64,000 bases of DNA from Tubulanus polymorphus. Taxonomy: Eukaryota > Animalia > Nemertea. The translations under genes and the position numbers were made by a program. A model generated the notes under the pieces. It was not told the origin of the DNA. It worked only from the letters and a program-made list of their open reading frames with translations, and ran no database searches. Location: contig NC_134035.1 in assembly GCF_964204645.1 (NCBI RefSeq), positions 4,030,001 to 4,094,000 of the forward strand, read 5' to 3'. Below, piece by piece: positions 39,428-52,400 of the stretch. How positions within the stretch are numbered: the first letter of the stretch is position 1; each line of letters starts with the position of its first letter.

Positions 39428-40785
39428 TGTCGAGACGGGAACATGGTGTCCACAGGACTGTGTTGAGAGTAGAGACAGGTGTGAAGGGTCGAGACGGGAA
39501 CATAGGGTCCACGGGACTGTGTAGAGAGTAGAGACAGGTGTGAAGGGTCGAGACGGGAACATAGGGTCCACGGGACTGTGTAGGGAGTAGAGACAGATTT
39601 GAAGGGTCGAGACGGGAACATAGTGTCCACGGGACTGTGTACAGAGTAGAGACAGGTTAGAAGGGTCGAGACGGGAACATGGTGTCTACGGGACTGTGTA
39701 GAGACTAGAGACAGGTTAGAAGGGTCGAGACGGGAATGTTGTGGGGTTGCTTTCGGTTCTCCAACAATGTTGTGGAGTTGAGTTTCTCAACCAATTGTTG
39801 TGGGGTCACGTTGCGTTCTCCCCTCGTGTTGTCGTTGTTGGTTCCGATTAATCCGATAAGTGATATCCCTCTGACTCCGGAATAATAACAACTCTTCTCG
39901 TGGGTCTACGTTCTTTCTTTATTTTCCCGCACAATTCTTATTCCTTCCTACAGCTCGTATTTTTAGGCTTCTCCGCCACTCTAGCATCTCTCTCCCCCTT
40001 ACTGTGCTGACCCTCCCTTTTTATCTTATATCATGTTACTCGTGACGTATACTTCTACATATGTTATACGTCACGAGTTTATTACTTGTTTACTTCCTAG
40101 CCATACCAGAGCTCAAGGCTGCCGCTATAACCAGCAACCCTACGCAGATACTCACGTCACTTTCACCTATCTTCTATTCAGTGTCTTGTGTGCGACGTAA
40201 GCATCTACGTAGGTTGTTTACTAACTTCAGCCACTGCCCTGAACTCTGGCTTCCCTCCCTCTATGCAAACTACTAATTTATCACCCCAATAGGAACATGG
40301 TGTCCAGGGGACTGTGTAGAGAGTAGAGACAGATTTGAAGGGTCGAGACGGGAACATAGAGTACCTGTCCACGGGACTGTGTAGAGAGTAGAGACAGATT
40401 TGAAGGGTCGAGACGGGAACATAGTGTCCACGGGACTGTGTAGAGAGTAGAGACAGGTTAGAAGGGTCGAGACGGGAACATGGTGTCTACGGGACTGTGT
40501 AGAGACTAGAGACAGGTTAGAAGGGTCGAGACGGGAACATGGTGTCCAGGGGACTGTGTAGAGAGTAGAGACAGGTGTGAAGGGTCGAAACGGGAACATG
40601 GTGTCTACGGGACTGTGTAGAGACTAGAGACAGATTTGAAGGGTCGAGACGGGAACATAGTGTCCACGGGACTGTGTAGAGAGTAGAGACAGGTTTGAAG
40701 GGTCGAGACAGGAACATAGTGTCCACGGGACTGTGTAGAGACTAGAGACAGGTTTTGAAGGGTCGAGACAGGAACATAGGGTCCA
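39428..40785 (-). repeat. Same 59-bp array in inverted orientation (right arm), split by a solo LTR
   Basis: Reverse-complement units at 39428-39736 and 40292-40785. Confidence 0.97.
39737..40291 (-). mobile_element. Solo LTR (Gypsy-like), 555 bp
   Basis: 4-bp TSD GGAA/GGAA within an array unit. Minus-strand ends are TaTTGGGG...CCCCACAACA, with a TATA-like motif and AATAAA in LTR order. Confidence 0.85.
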
Positions 40786-41172
40786 TGGAGAAAGACCCAC
40801 GGGATCTGTAGAGAAAGATAACGCGTCATGAATTTAACAATCATCTTTATTTTTTTTGCAAAATTCAGACATTAATTTTCTTCATAAATTTGATGAATTC
40901 GAATTGATTAATGGCAATAAACATGCCCCAAACAAAATGCCCCGGGCCGGGTCGTTTTTTGAAAAAAACGGTTTGAGAGATTTAAAGAAAGTTGATTTTA
41001 TTTTTTAGAAACCAAAATAATTACACTCGTGTAATTCATTCAAGATTATATTTGAAACTAGTTTAGCTTTACCAGTAAATATATATTATTTCTGGGAGGA
41101 AATCTCGACGGGAAATTGCTTACTTCGCATCTTGAATTTTCACTTCTGTTGACATTGGAGGCGTTTTCTTGG

Positions 41173-41370
41173 TAAGTGCAGATCCACACCTCTCGTGATT
41201 GACGCAATCTGCTGAATGACAGAATCCAGGCTAAAATCTTTCTAGTGAAGATATCTAAAAATTAACCAATGGCAAACCACTGAATTGCTGAATTTTGAAT
41301 CTGAAATACGTGTTGATATTAAATGTAATTGATTGAACCGTTTACGCGGGGAGGTGCGGATCTGCACTTA
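41173..41370. mobile_element. MITE inserted in the right TIR of the Sola-like element
   Basis: TAAGTGCAGATCCACACCTC / GAGGTGCGGATCTGCACTTA; absent from the matching left arm (~36260). Confidence 0.8.
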
Positions 41371-42017
41371 AGCTTATACCGTTTCCATCATTCGATCTTT
41401 TCAATGAAAAGTTTTCAAAAATCTAATTTGATTTTTTAAAATTGTTGGTAGGTTCACATGCGAAAAACGAATCCGATACGCGCCGTAGTGTTTTAGTTCA
41501 AATAATCGACTGTGGTGGCGCTATTGTACGGTAGGGTCGAGACGGGAACGGGTCGAGACAGTAACGGGTCGAGACGGGAACGTGGATGGCTCATATATAT
41601 ATGTACGAGTCAGCACGTTGAAGGCCTGCGACTAGGTGAGTACGTGATACCTGTCTAATAGTAATAAATGAGAAAAAGATCGACGACGAGCCGTGACGAA
41701 GTCCCGAAGAATTCCACTCCACCACACCACACAGGATGGCCTGCCTAAAAGTATAAATGTTTGTCAGGCAAAAACTTAACTACACTACTGTACATTAAAA
41801 AAGGAACGAATAGGCTTGTCTTAAATATATGTATGATGGGTGAACTCCTAAATAATGACCACCATATTCCCACACGTATGGATGGTCATTGGAGCGTATA
41901 TCCACCAGATCAGAATTGTGTTGCAAGCTTCATGGGCATAGCTATAATTGACTTCATCGCAGTCTGACTGCGGTTTAGGCCACCTTCCGCTGTAGTACTA
42001 GTGTAATTAGATACCAG

Positions 42018-42134
42018 GATCCAGTTCCACAGTCGCTAGAATTAACTCTTGAGTTGAAATATTATTTTACTTATTAGGCCTATAAGTTCATTTTCAATGA
42101 GTCAAATCTTAACTCACAACTGTGGAACTGGGTC
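42018..42134. mobile_element. CWG-TSD MITE
   Basis: GATCCAGTTCCACAGT...ACTGTGGAACTGGGTC with CAG/CAG TSD; related copies at 54005-54115 and ~29118-29204. Confidence 0.8.
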
Positions 42135-42523
42135 CAGGGTCATTATAAGGTTAGCTACATAATTATTAGATACATATACTCAGCTATAAACTGCAGTCAT
42201 CATGAATAGACAATCCAGGATTCCACTATAGCAGGCGAGGATCCACCAGGTTCGCCGCTGGTATTTACTTGGTTTTCCGCGTTCAATTTCTTCCACATTT
42301 CAATTAAAATTGAATGAACATTTTCCCTAGTTTTTTTAATAACTCAATTATCATAGCACCGGGTAGAATAATGAATTGAAATCCTGGTGAATCATGTTGT
42401 TCAGTTGGGGCCTATTTATGATTTTGGGGTAGGCGTATATAGGCCAAGACCTTCGTACTTAATCGCATATGTGTTGATATAGAATAATATTTTTGCGCCA
42501 TTTTCGTTTTTAGTTTCGTCAGA

Positions 42524-45500
42524 ATGACTGAGAATTTGGATTTATCGTTGAACGACTCGATCAATCCGCCGGGGCTGAGCTGCTCCTCCACTTGCGCCGG
42601 TCACGTAACGTCGTCGCACGCGCCGCCGCCGTCGGAAAGTTCTCTACCTGTGATCGAAGGTTACGCGTACGAATTTGTGCCGAAACTCGACGAGAAATAC
42701 GAGTGCACGATTTGTCAGCTCGGTTTACGGGAACCGGTGCAGACCGTGTGCGGGCATCGATTCTGTAAAGCGTGCATACAGAAATGGATCAGGTAATATT
42801 ATTGTCAGTCTCTCTGTCTCTGTCTCCGTCTCTGTCTTCATCGCTGTCCAAGGAAGAGTATTGTAGTCAGCCCCCACTTATGGTGTTTTTGTATTTAGAA
42901 ATACAAGTTAGTTAGAACACAAAAATAGTGATTATTCAAAATACATTGCACTGATTACAATCAATGTCCGTTATAACACCGTCCTATTTTAATACCATTG
43001 CTTATTCAACGGCGACATTTTTTGGAGAACAAATTTGCCCAATCTTATTCAAATTCAATGAAAATACCATTCTTTATAATGCTAATTTTTCCATGTTTTC
43101 CGTTGGTCCCAACAGTTGTGTTGTTAAAGACTTTCACCGTAGTGATGACAAAGTTCGACTGTATGTTTTACGAAAATAGGTGTCGAAGCGTACATTCGTA
43201 CAAATTGAGTCGCAAATTTATCTAGTCAAATCGTTTTCCAGTTCATGGTATTGATTAAACGCGTTATAATAATTTTCTTCAGGGAAGCAAGATCGATTTG
43301 CCCGGTCGATAACCAAGAATTGGACGAGGGAACTTTGTTTCCGGATAATTTCGCCAAGCGAGAAATAATGTCGCTGATCGCTAAGTGTCCGTACTCCACC
43401 AGCGGGTGTATGGTTGAAGCTGAAGTCCGCACGATTGAAGTAAGGTTGCCGAACTGGGTCAAGTAGCTCTTTCCTACAGTAGAACCTAACAAAAGCAAAA
43501 ATCTTTCAAAACGTTCTTCGCAATCTATAAAATTGATGACATTTGACGGTTTGAAATTACGTGTTGTTTTCGTTGTAGAACCACGAGTTAACCTGTGACT
43601 ATCGACCCGTTCCTTGTCTGAATGAAGGTTGTAAGGAAATGGTCGTGTTTTGTCGTATGATGGATCATTTACAAGACCTATGCATCAAACGCAAGGTGCC
43701 GTGCGTTCATTGTCGCAAAGACATGGCTTTCGACGCTATAGAAGTAAGATCAATGAAATGAAATGAATGTAGAAATCTTTGACGCGAAATGAATTTAGAC
43801 CTAGTCAATCTAGAGACTCGCAGTAGTAAAGGTTGGTTGATAACGAAGATTAGTTTGACTTAAGCGTAAACCATCTTCAGAGATTTGAAAATTTGATTTC
43901 CAATAAATCCCTGAAGATGAGTACAGTGGAACCTCCAGAATAGGAAAAATGTTGATAATTTCGTACTTGATATAACGAACGGTTGTAACGAACAGATTTT
44001 CTGGTTCCATGAAATTTGTTGTAACGAGGTTCCACTGTAGAAGTACTCCATCAAAACGCCAGTTTTTAACTAATACTCGTCATCAATCTTCAATGTTGTG
44101 GATCTTTTATATTTATATATCATTGACACGATTAATGCAAAATTGACTAGATTATTGCGTTGTCCGCAGTTAATATTTGTAGAGCTCTTGAAATAACTCT
44201 CTTTAGATATACATGCAAACATGTAATTCCCTCGGCTGAAATAATGTTCACTTGATTTCAGGCTCATGTAAACCAATGCCCAGTTGCTCCTGTAACTTGT
44301 AAATTCTGCGCCGCTCAGATGCAAAGGAGTCAGGTATTATATCGCAGTGTCTTCTACGAATTAGAAATTCTTCTTATACTTTGTTGAAATATTCTCACTG
44401 ATTATATCATGTTATACAGATGAGTCGTCATATTGATGAGGAATGCCAATCGGCTGTGGTGCCCTGCTTATTTTCGGTGTATGGCTGCTTAAATTTGGTA
44501 GGTATACGCAATAAAAAATCTCCTTCAAAAGTTAGAAATCATACCGCTCATGATCCTCACTGTCCCTGAGTCCAAACTCAAACTCGGGATCATTTCATTT
44601 TCAATGAGTTAACTAATGAGTTGAGAACTGTGGAGTCCAATCAATCGGCCTTAAAAATGGCTTAGAAATTGTTGAAACATTAAAAACTTGTTGAAAAGAA
44701 TATTTAAAGTGAGTCTACTGAACCAATCCACTATAATAAGAATGTATTTAATGTATGTAGATTCAACTTCCCATGTAGCAGATCGCCTTTTAATAATGGA
44801 ATGCATCGTCCCCAAGATCCGATACAAGCAGAGTCTACTCGTTAATACGTGACCTGTCGGAAATCGATGAATAAAAAGCAATTGACTTTTGAATACCACC
44901 GGTTAAAAATTCGTATGTTAGCAATCCGTTCTCAAAGTTTTAGAGCCTGTAGTTAGTTGCGGTTGCATTGGGTCCATAATCATAGTTAGTTACCTAATCG
45001 TTGGTGGTAAGCATTTATAATCGGATGGGCTTTGTGAAAATATCCGATCGTGAAACTAAACCACAGAGACGGGTTGCTGACTAGACCCATAAATTCATGT
45101 ACGATGATTTTTGGGAGACCTGTATACCAAAAGAATTTGCATACCGTAGATATCTGGTTAGAAACATTTGTGAAAACGCCTTCGATGGAAGCACAAACGA
45201 TAATTTGTTTCAGCTTGGCATAGAAGACGCTTTAGTTCGTGGAAAGAAATGCCTGAGTACAGCATCGTATCTCGAAAACACTAATATTCAACAGTTTTTT
45301 CCCATAGGCCTATAGATGAAGTTAAAGTCGCTATGTTTTGTAGTCCTCGTCAACGTGGCAGAGGAAGCGAAATTGATGCTATAGTGAAATGGTCAACTGA
45401 AACTTCTATTTCGTTTTATATTTCTGTAGGTAAAACGTAAACGTATGATCGACCACGTTAACGAGTCGCTCGCCGAACATTTACTGCTTTTGAACGACGG

Positions 45501-46443
45501 GTTAAAACTGCTGCAGTCGACGTGCGAAGATCACGCTCGTCTCGAGGACATCTCGGCCAAACAGTCCGAACTACGACTCCACATGTTAGAACAGGCGCAA
45601 AAACGCTCGAAAGAATTTACCGCGAATTTCGCGTCCGATTCCGATGATTGTTGTAACGCGTCGCCGGCGGGTGTCTCGCACCGGTCTAACGGTATTAACG
45701 ACTCGCAGTACGATTCCGCGTGTTGCTCGGCGCAAACCAATTACTCGCTGAATCCCGAATTATCCATGACAAGCTTGGCTAGCTCGCCGGTCGCGTTGCT
45801 CGACCGCATCAAGGAACTGGAAGCGACGATGGCCAGTCAAAAACAGCTCATCTACCAACTCGACATACAAAACAAGCATTTAGAAACGCGACTCAAGAAG
45901 CAGGAAACGACCGCTCAAAAACAGCTCGAATCGTTTCAGGAATTTCAGTCGCAACTGGCGAACGGTATCTACCTGTGGCAGATCGAGAATTTCAACAGTA
46001 TCTGCGATCGAGCGGCCAGCGGTCAGTCGCGGGTGCTTCACAGTCCCGGGTTTTACACCAGTGCTCACGGGTATAAAGTCTGCTTACGGGTGAACCTGTC
46101 GGTGTCGGAAGAACGCGGCGGCACGATGTACCTGTCGGTCTTCATACACTTGATGAACGGTATTTTCGACGATATTCTCCACTGGCCGTTCCACGCGAAA
46201 GTAGCCCTGACCCTGCTCGATCAGCACGTCGACGTCAACCAGAGGAGCCACGTCATCGAACAGTTCGAAACGAAGCCGCAACTGGCCGCGTTTCAAAGAC
46301 CGTCGGGCGATCGCAACTTCAGAGGATTCGGCTATACGGAATTCATTTCTTTGTCGGCGTTGCAAGCGGGTAGATACATTAAACCTTCTAATAACGGTAC
46401 GGTCGTAATCAAAGCTCAAATCGATGAAATGCCGACAAGATGA
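42524..46443 (+). CDS. TRAF6: TNF receptor-associated factor 6 (RING, zinc fingers, coiled coil, MATH/TRAF-C)
   Basis: Exons 42524-42792 ([42 protein letters not shown]), 43283-43439 ([19 protein letters not shown]), 43579-43743, 44262-44333, 44420-44497 and 45430-46443 ([30 protein letters not shown]). Phases are consistent. Confidence 0.96.
43924..44037. mobile_element. Tc1/mariner (Tigger-like) MITE
   Basis: TA|CAGTGGAACCTC...GAGGTTCCACTG|TA; a related copy lies at 60411-60590. Confidence 0.8.
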
Positions 46444-46801
46444 TAACACGTGTATTATGCACACCACGTCCTGTATCTTCGATCGTTGAACGATGATTGT
46501 ACCAATGAAAACTTCGCTGCTGCGCCCAATCATAAACGCGTTAGATAAAGAAATTTTGCGGTGCTTTGAAGACCTGTTTATACTCATTAATTCAGGTCGT
46601 CAGAGGATTATCTCGTTATAAGCCCGATTTATTGAAATTCGAATCAATGATTAAAATACTGTATTAAATGTACTCGACACACCCCTGCCGGTGCAAAATT
46701 ATATACACTTTGTACTCCCTTTATTTCCAATACTGCACTTCCAATTAAAACTATATATATTTTACCTATTTCAAGTCATTATCTTTATTCATCATTCTCG
46801 A

Positions 46802-47215
46802 TCATATTCCTTTGTAAATTTTAAATCTGTCCACGACGCCGCCGATTTCTCCGATGCGTCCGTTTTTCGCCAACGGGAACGGCGTGCTCTGCGCGGCTCT
46901 AGTCAGATAGGCCAACTGACTTGTAGTTTCGGGGGAAAACGGTTTATCACCGACGAAGAAATGGCTTTGTTGGTTGGTCACCCGGCATTCTCGCAAACCT
47001 TCTGGTCCTAGTAAAAAAAAACGAAGATTAAATTCTAGCACCCGGTTTATGCTTCGAAAGTTAAGCAATCGTCGAAGGAATTATGCCCTACCTGAAAATA
47101 GAGGTGGTGGATTCGGTATCGGAACTCGGAAGTTAGTTTTACTATCCGATGTTTCCGATTTCGCCGAAACAGTGGTGCTAGTTGTAGTGGTCATCGTTCC
47201 TCGTCGTCCAGACAT
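46802..47215 (-). CDS. Short SPMIP2/C4orf45 (DUF4562)-like protein, ~109 aa
   Basis: Exons 47215-47092 and 47007-46802 (phase 1) give LFSGPEGLRE...FFVGDKPFSPETTSQLAYLTR...PLAKNGRIGEIG. This resembles the recalled C4orf45 N-terminal motif FTGPD...YVGE...YLWR...EIGW. Candidate 5'-UTR donor at ~47658. Confidence 0.7.
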
Positions 47216-48004
47216 ATTGCAGCAATATTGTTACGTTCAAGAACTGGTGAAATGAAGAAAGTGTAACAGTATAATAGATTATGATTAAAACTATACGTAC
47301 TAGTTCGGAAGCAAAATTTATTTTCAAAAGTTTAGAATTGCAGGGTTCTTACAGATCAGATAAAATGAGGGAATTTCAAAATTATTTTTCCCAGCAGGGA
47401 AAATCAGGGAATTCTGACTCTTTTTTTAAATCGGTGAAAATTGCAATTTCTGTGGGCAATCTGAAAAGTAGCTTAGTCGTTTTCAGATAGCTGTCATTTC
47501 TAATTCTAAGTTGCGAATTACTTATTCAAAAACCGAGGACACGACGTTCCGAACTCTCACTCTAGAGATCACCGTCAGAAAGATATCATACGTTTGGAAT
47601 TTTAGAACGATAGTGTGGCTTTGATATATGAATCGAAAAGTCACCGGATTCTACTTACCGCGTCGGGTCCTGATCGTCGTCAAAAAATTACTAACCGACT
47701 ATAGTCACTAACGAGGTCTAATTCTAAGAGAAGTTAAGTCTACTTAACGGTGTTTATAAGAACAGGTATATACACCTGTCATTCTGGTGAAGAGTTCCCG
47801 ACCTTTAACGGTATTTTAAGCAGGTATTCGTAGTTGCAGTTTAACTAATGCCCCGCGGCTGTGTGAACACGAATAATCAGTAATCAATTTGAGTGGAGTC
47901 GAGGCACTGGTCTGGGCGGTCGTCGACTATAATCCGGCACTACATGTATTATTTTCGTTATTAATCATTTGCATTAACAACTTAATCGCTGTTAATCCCA
48001 AGTT

Positions 48005-48376
48005 TATAAATCTCCTAACCGTCCAACTTCGACTAAGAATATGAAACTGAGCAAGCCTCTCGGTGCCCATCCATCCCGCCGGCCCAAAGAGCGGGCCCTT
48101 TTTGAGGTGAAAAATCGAGGCTTATATATCAAATCGTTATTGGTCTCTTCTAGAGTATTAGTGCATCTTGCTAAAGGATGCGGAATATTATAAACCTCCT
48201 AATTGTCCAACTTTGACTAAGAAAATGAGTGAGACGAGCGACTAGCCGCCACTCGCCGACCCCCAGCTCAAGAGCAGGCCATTTTTGGTTTTGGGAAAAA
48301 TCTGAGGATAATTTATCAAATCGTTGGTCTCTTCTAGAGTATTCGGGTGTGTCTCGCTAAAGGATACACCATATTA
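48005..48376. repeat. Two diverged ~185-bp tandem units
   Basis: ttataaatctcctaaccgtccaacttcgactaagaa at 48005 versus ttataaacctcctaattgtccaactttgactaagaa at 48188; shared tggtctcttctagagtatt...gctaaagga. Confidence 0.8.
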
Positions 48377-49414
48377 CAACCATTTAACGCCGCAAAGGCG
48401 ACGGAGAGTCGGTAAGTGCCGATAGGATTGCTCCCGCAAGGCTAAGTAGACTCAGGGAAGCGAGTCCATAATAGGAGCATACCGCTTTTTTTGCGACCAC
48501 AGGGAAGCGAGGTGTTCAATTCAAATTAAAAAAAATAAATATTCAAGGCTACGTGGAGTTGGAAATATTTAGAATCGGCGATTTTCGAGTTTTTTTTTCA
48601 TTTTCTTTAGCCTAAAATACGCTAAAAAGGTATTTGAGGATAACCGAGTTTCCTCCGACAGGAGCAGACGTCAGCAGACGAACATAGCGAGAGAGATTCA
48701 GAAACACCGTCAGTGAACAGCAGGAGGGGAAAGAAACCTTAAGTGTTTTATTCTGACTGACTACTGGAATTATTAGGTATCGTCACCTCAAATATCAAAA
48801 GTTGATGAGGGTTTTTTTCATTATTCATCATTGTGAGTCACAAAATAAGCCAAAACGCTTAATGTCCAATAATATTCAAGCTGGCTAAACTGACAAGGCA
48901 GTCACATTCCGATAACAATCCCTAAATATCAAGACATAAACATTGCCATCTAAACTTCTAATGGCAATCTACATCTAAGATATTGATTTGAAAAACATTT
49001 TGTCTATGACTTATTTATGTCTTTAGCATAATGTTCATTTTCTGGGTAATAAAAATTACTAGAACATAAAAATGAAAAATGATAAAATATTGAAAATTTA
49101 AAAGGAAAATTTTCATGCGGGCGGGTGACAGTAAACTGATACCTCAATTCCATAGGCCTTAGTCCTCCTCTCCCCTCTTGGCCACTGAGTTTGCTCATCC
49201 CCCCTCCTCAGTGCTCGCATGAATGAAATACCGGTACATGGTTAAACGCTAACACGCTTTGCTTGGCTGGCCCCTAGGTACGACTGAGTACCCATTACAT
49301 TAAATGACAAATTTTTACTACGATAATCTGTACAATCTTGAGGAGGTTTTTGGAATATCGGCGATATTGAGAATTATTTCTAGATTTAATGTTTTATATT
49401 TTCAGATAGGCAAT

Positions 49415-52400
49415 ATGGCGACTACGACCAGCTTCAGAAAAAGAAACACGGGCAAAAATCTGCAAATTCGCGGCACGCGGCCATCTTTGAAAAATAACCA
49501 GTTACTGGTTTCAACCGGTGTTCCGTCATTCGATCACGCTTTAGGTAATTGTTTCATATTCTCTGGGAAATTCTGAAGAAATTTTGTCAGCGCAATTTCC
49601 AAAACTGATTGTTACCATGTAAATGAACTTCAAATAGCCTACCACACATTATCAGCACAGTACTATAAAGATCCATTACTTTGGGTTGGGCTAGGCCCTA
49701 GATTAGACTACCACTTCACCTATTAGGACCCGAAAAGCCTGACACTAGAATTATCAAAAATATGCTCAAAATACGATCCATTTCTAGTTCATTTTCAGTT
49801 AAACCAATATTTTGTTAGTTGTAAACTTCTCCTAAGCAGAAATCACAAGTAGTCAGGCTCAGTTCTACCAACTTCATTCATGTTTTTGATTTGTTTACAG
49901 GCGGAGGTTTAGCGGTGGGTACAGTTCTTATGATCGGTAAGTTTCACGTCTAGTAAACTGAACCAAGTTGGAAATAAACTGAAATTGAATCGCTTCAATC
50001 TTGTTATCACGTAATGATCCACTCCAGGTGAAGACACTTATGGCAGTTACAGCAAAATGTTGTTGAAATATTTCCTGGCAGAGGGCGTCATGAGTTCGCA
50101 TGCCTTGTTCGTAGCCAGCGCCAGCGACCAGAACTCGGCTTCTGACTTGGTTCTGAAGGTAACTTAGAAATTGAAGATGTTGGTAATTCCTGCTATAAAT
50201 TGAATTTAGCAAATTGTACAATTAAGCGAGTTTTTATTTTCAGGAGCTTCCCGGTGCTATTTTAGACGACCCTGGTGGCGTAAATCTAGACGACAACAAG
50301 TCTTCAGATTCAGTTGACGATGATAAAATGAAGATCGCCTGGAGATATGAGCATCTTCCACAGTTTCAGGTAAGCAATGCATCACATTCATTTATTTCAT
50401 TATAGGGGACAGAAGATTTTTTGTTAACTAGCTGTTTACTGACTTCGTTACTGAAGAGAGTGCAGTGGTTGAATGGTTTGAACATTGGTCTTTCACTGGT
50501 CTCCAGGTTCCAGTGCACACAGTCATGGCTTTTTAAAACCATTTTAGCACGATCTTCAATCGTAGGTCTATAGCCAATGTAACAGTTTCTGCTTCAGACC
50601 AAGGTTATATTACAAACCTAGCTTATTTTGTCCAAAGAAAAGACAATTTTGATCATTACACGCTGGATATTACGAACTATTGGTTACGATGAAGTCGTTT
50701 TCTGGTCCCATCCTGAAGTTTGTTGCAATTGGGCTCCCCGAGTCAGTGGAGAGGAAAACCTGATTCCCTGTTTAGAAACCACTTGTTCCCAATAAAGTCT
50801 CCTTTCTTTTTCAATAATCAGGGTAATTCTATTTTGTATCTGGCAGGGTACGATTAAAAGCCACCGATTTGGACACTATTACGACTTGACGAAATCGATG
50901 GACGCCCAAAATCTCGACCGTGTAGATAAAACATTTTTTGAAGCCGGTGACGTGTTTAGAGATCACGACTGGTAGGTGTGATTATTTTCTGTGTCTGGGA
51001 CGGAGTGACTTCAGTCGAATGAGAGGTTTTACATCTCAAAACTGTTATCCAGTTGTTAGATTGGTTATCGTGGAATTAAACTAATCTTTCTCACCAAGCA
51101 TACAGTAAACCATGCCCTAATTTGGAAAAACTTTGGTCAGAAAAATAAGCCAGAATTAAGGTTGAGAAAATATGAAAAGAAATCAGGAAATGATTTTCTT
51201 TTTCTCTGATTTGGCCATGTCGAGCTTAGGGTGAGGACTCTAGTCTATATACAAAGAATATTACTAAAATTCGACTGGCTGAAATGTAAGCCGGCTCCAG
51301 GGCCTGATTTAATCGACTCCAAACTAATCTTACGTTTATTGTCTAACTTTCAGTTATGATCGTGTGAATAACTCTATGAACCCCGTTTATCACAAACTGT
51401 TGACAGAAATAAAGGAGAAAATTACAACTGGAGGATTCTGTACAGCGAAACAATCAACCGAACGAAATATACTGCGTATTGGTGAGTATTCTTACTGTGG
51501 CTGAATCATTATTCAGTTCCCTAATATAGTTTTTCATGTGAACTTGTTGATATCCTCTGACCTGATGGCATCAAAACTTCTGTATTCCTCCCTGGCAAGG
51601 ATTCAGACCTAATGATTTTGCAGCAATATAAACTTAATACCCTTATGTATCCATTCCAACCTTCCTCACGGGCGATGCAAGACTCGGCCACATAACGCAA
51701 CCCCCTGCCCTAGTGTAGACCACTTCCTTTCTCGACGATGATTCAAACCTAATGGCATTACAAGACTGCTTGTTCCTCTCCCTCACAGGGATTTGAATCT
51801 AATGGCATTGTGAGACTGCAATGTTCCTCCCTCACAGGGATTCAAATCGGATGGCATCAAGAGATTCAGCCACATGCCTCCCTCACAGGGATCTGAACCT
51901 GATGGCATCATGACACTCGCCCACATTCCTCCCTCACATGGATCTGAACCTGATGACACCTGAGACTCGGCTACAATAGGGAATCCTTACCTTAGTTCAC
52001 CCTTCTTTCCTCACCAGGGATTAAATCCTGGTGGCGTCTCAAGACTCTATGAATCCTTGTTATAGTCGACTGCGTCAAGCCGAATTGTGTCTAGACAAAT
52101 TTGTATGTCATGTTTTTCTCGTACATTTATTACTTCAGGAGTTCATAGTTTGGGATCTCCGCTTTGGGGAGAAACGTCGCATGGCGGAGGCTCTTACGAC
52201 GCATCATTACCACAGTTTTTATTGGCTTTACGAGGGTTAATGAGAACAGCGTTCGCCGTTTGTGTTTTAACGATACCTACGCACATCTTCCAGGTAGGTT
52301 CATCGCGGTGTACGGAATTATTCGCACGTAGTACTAAACACTAGGGAGCGACGAGTCCATTGAAATTTAGATCAAATCAATGAAATCGAAGTTTAACTGT

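Larger units (their letters stand above)
36048..41592. mobile_element. 5.5-kb Sola-like foldback element with very long TIRs
   Basis: GAG...CTC termini with a 4-bp ATAT TSD. About 580 bp of inverted unique arm is followed by inverted 59-bp arrays. The ~1.7-kb core has no intact ORF. Confidence 0.85.

Noticed and set aside
36633-40785. 59-bp, 44-bp and 36-bp arrays as CRISPR arrays
   Set aside because: The units are contiguous with no unique spacers, there are no cas genes, and the context is eukaryotic.
46084-46587. 167-aa antisense ORF over the TRAF6 last exon (and similar antisense/alternate-frame ORFs over VGLUT, DRAM and the orphan genes)
   Set aside because: Shadow ORFs of GC-richer coding exons.
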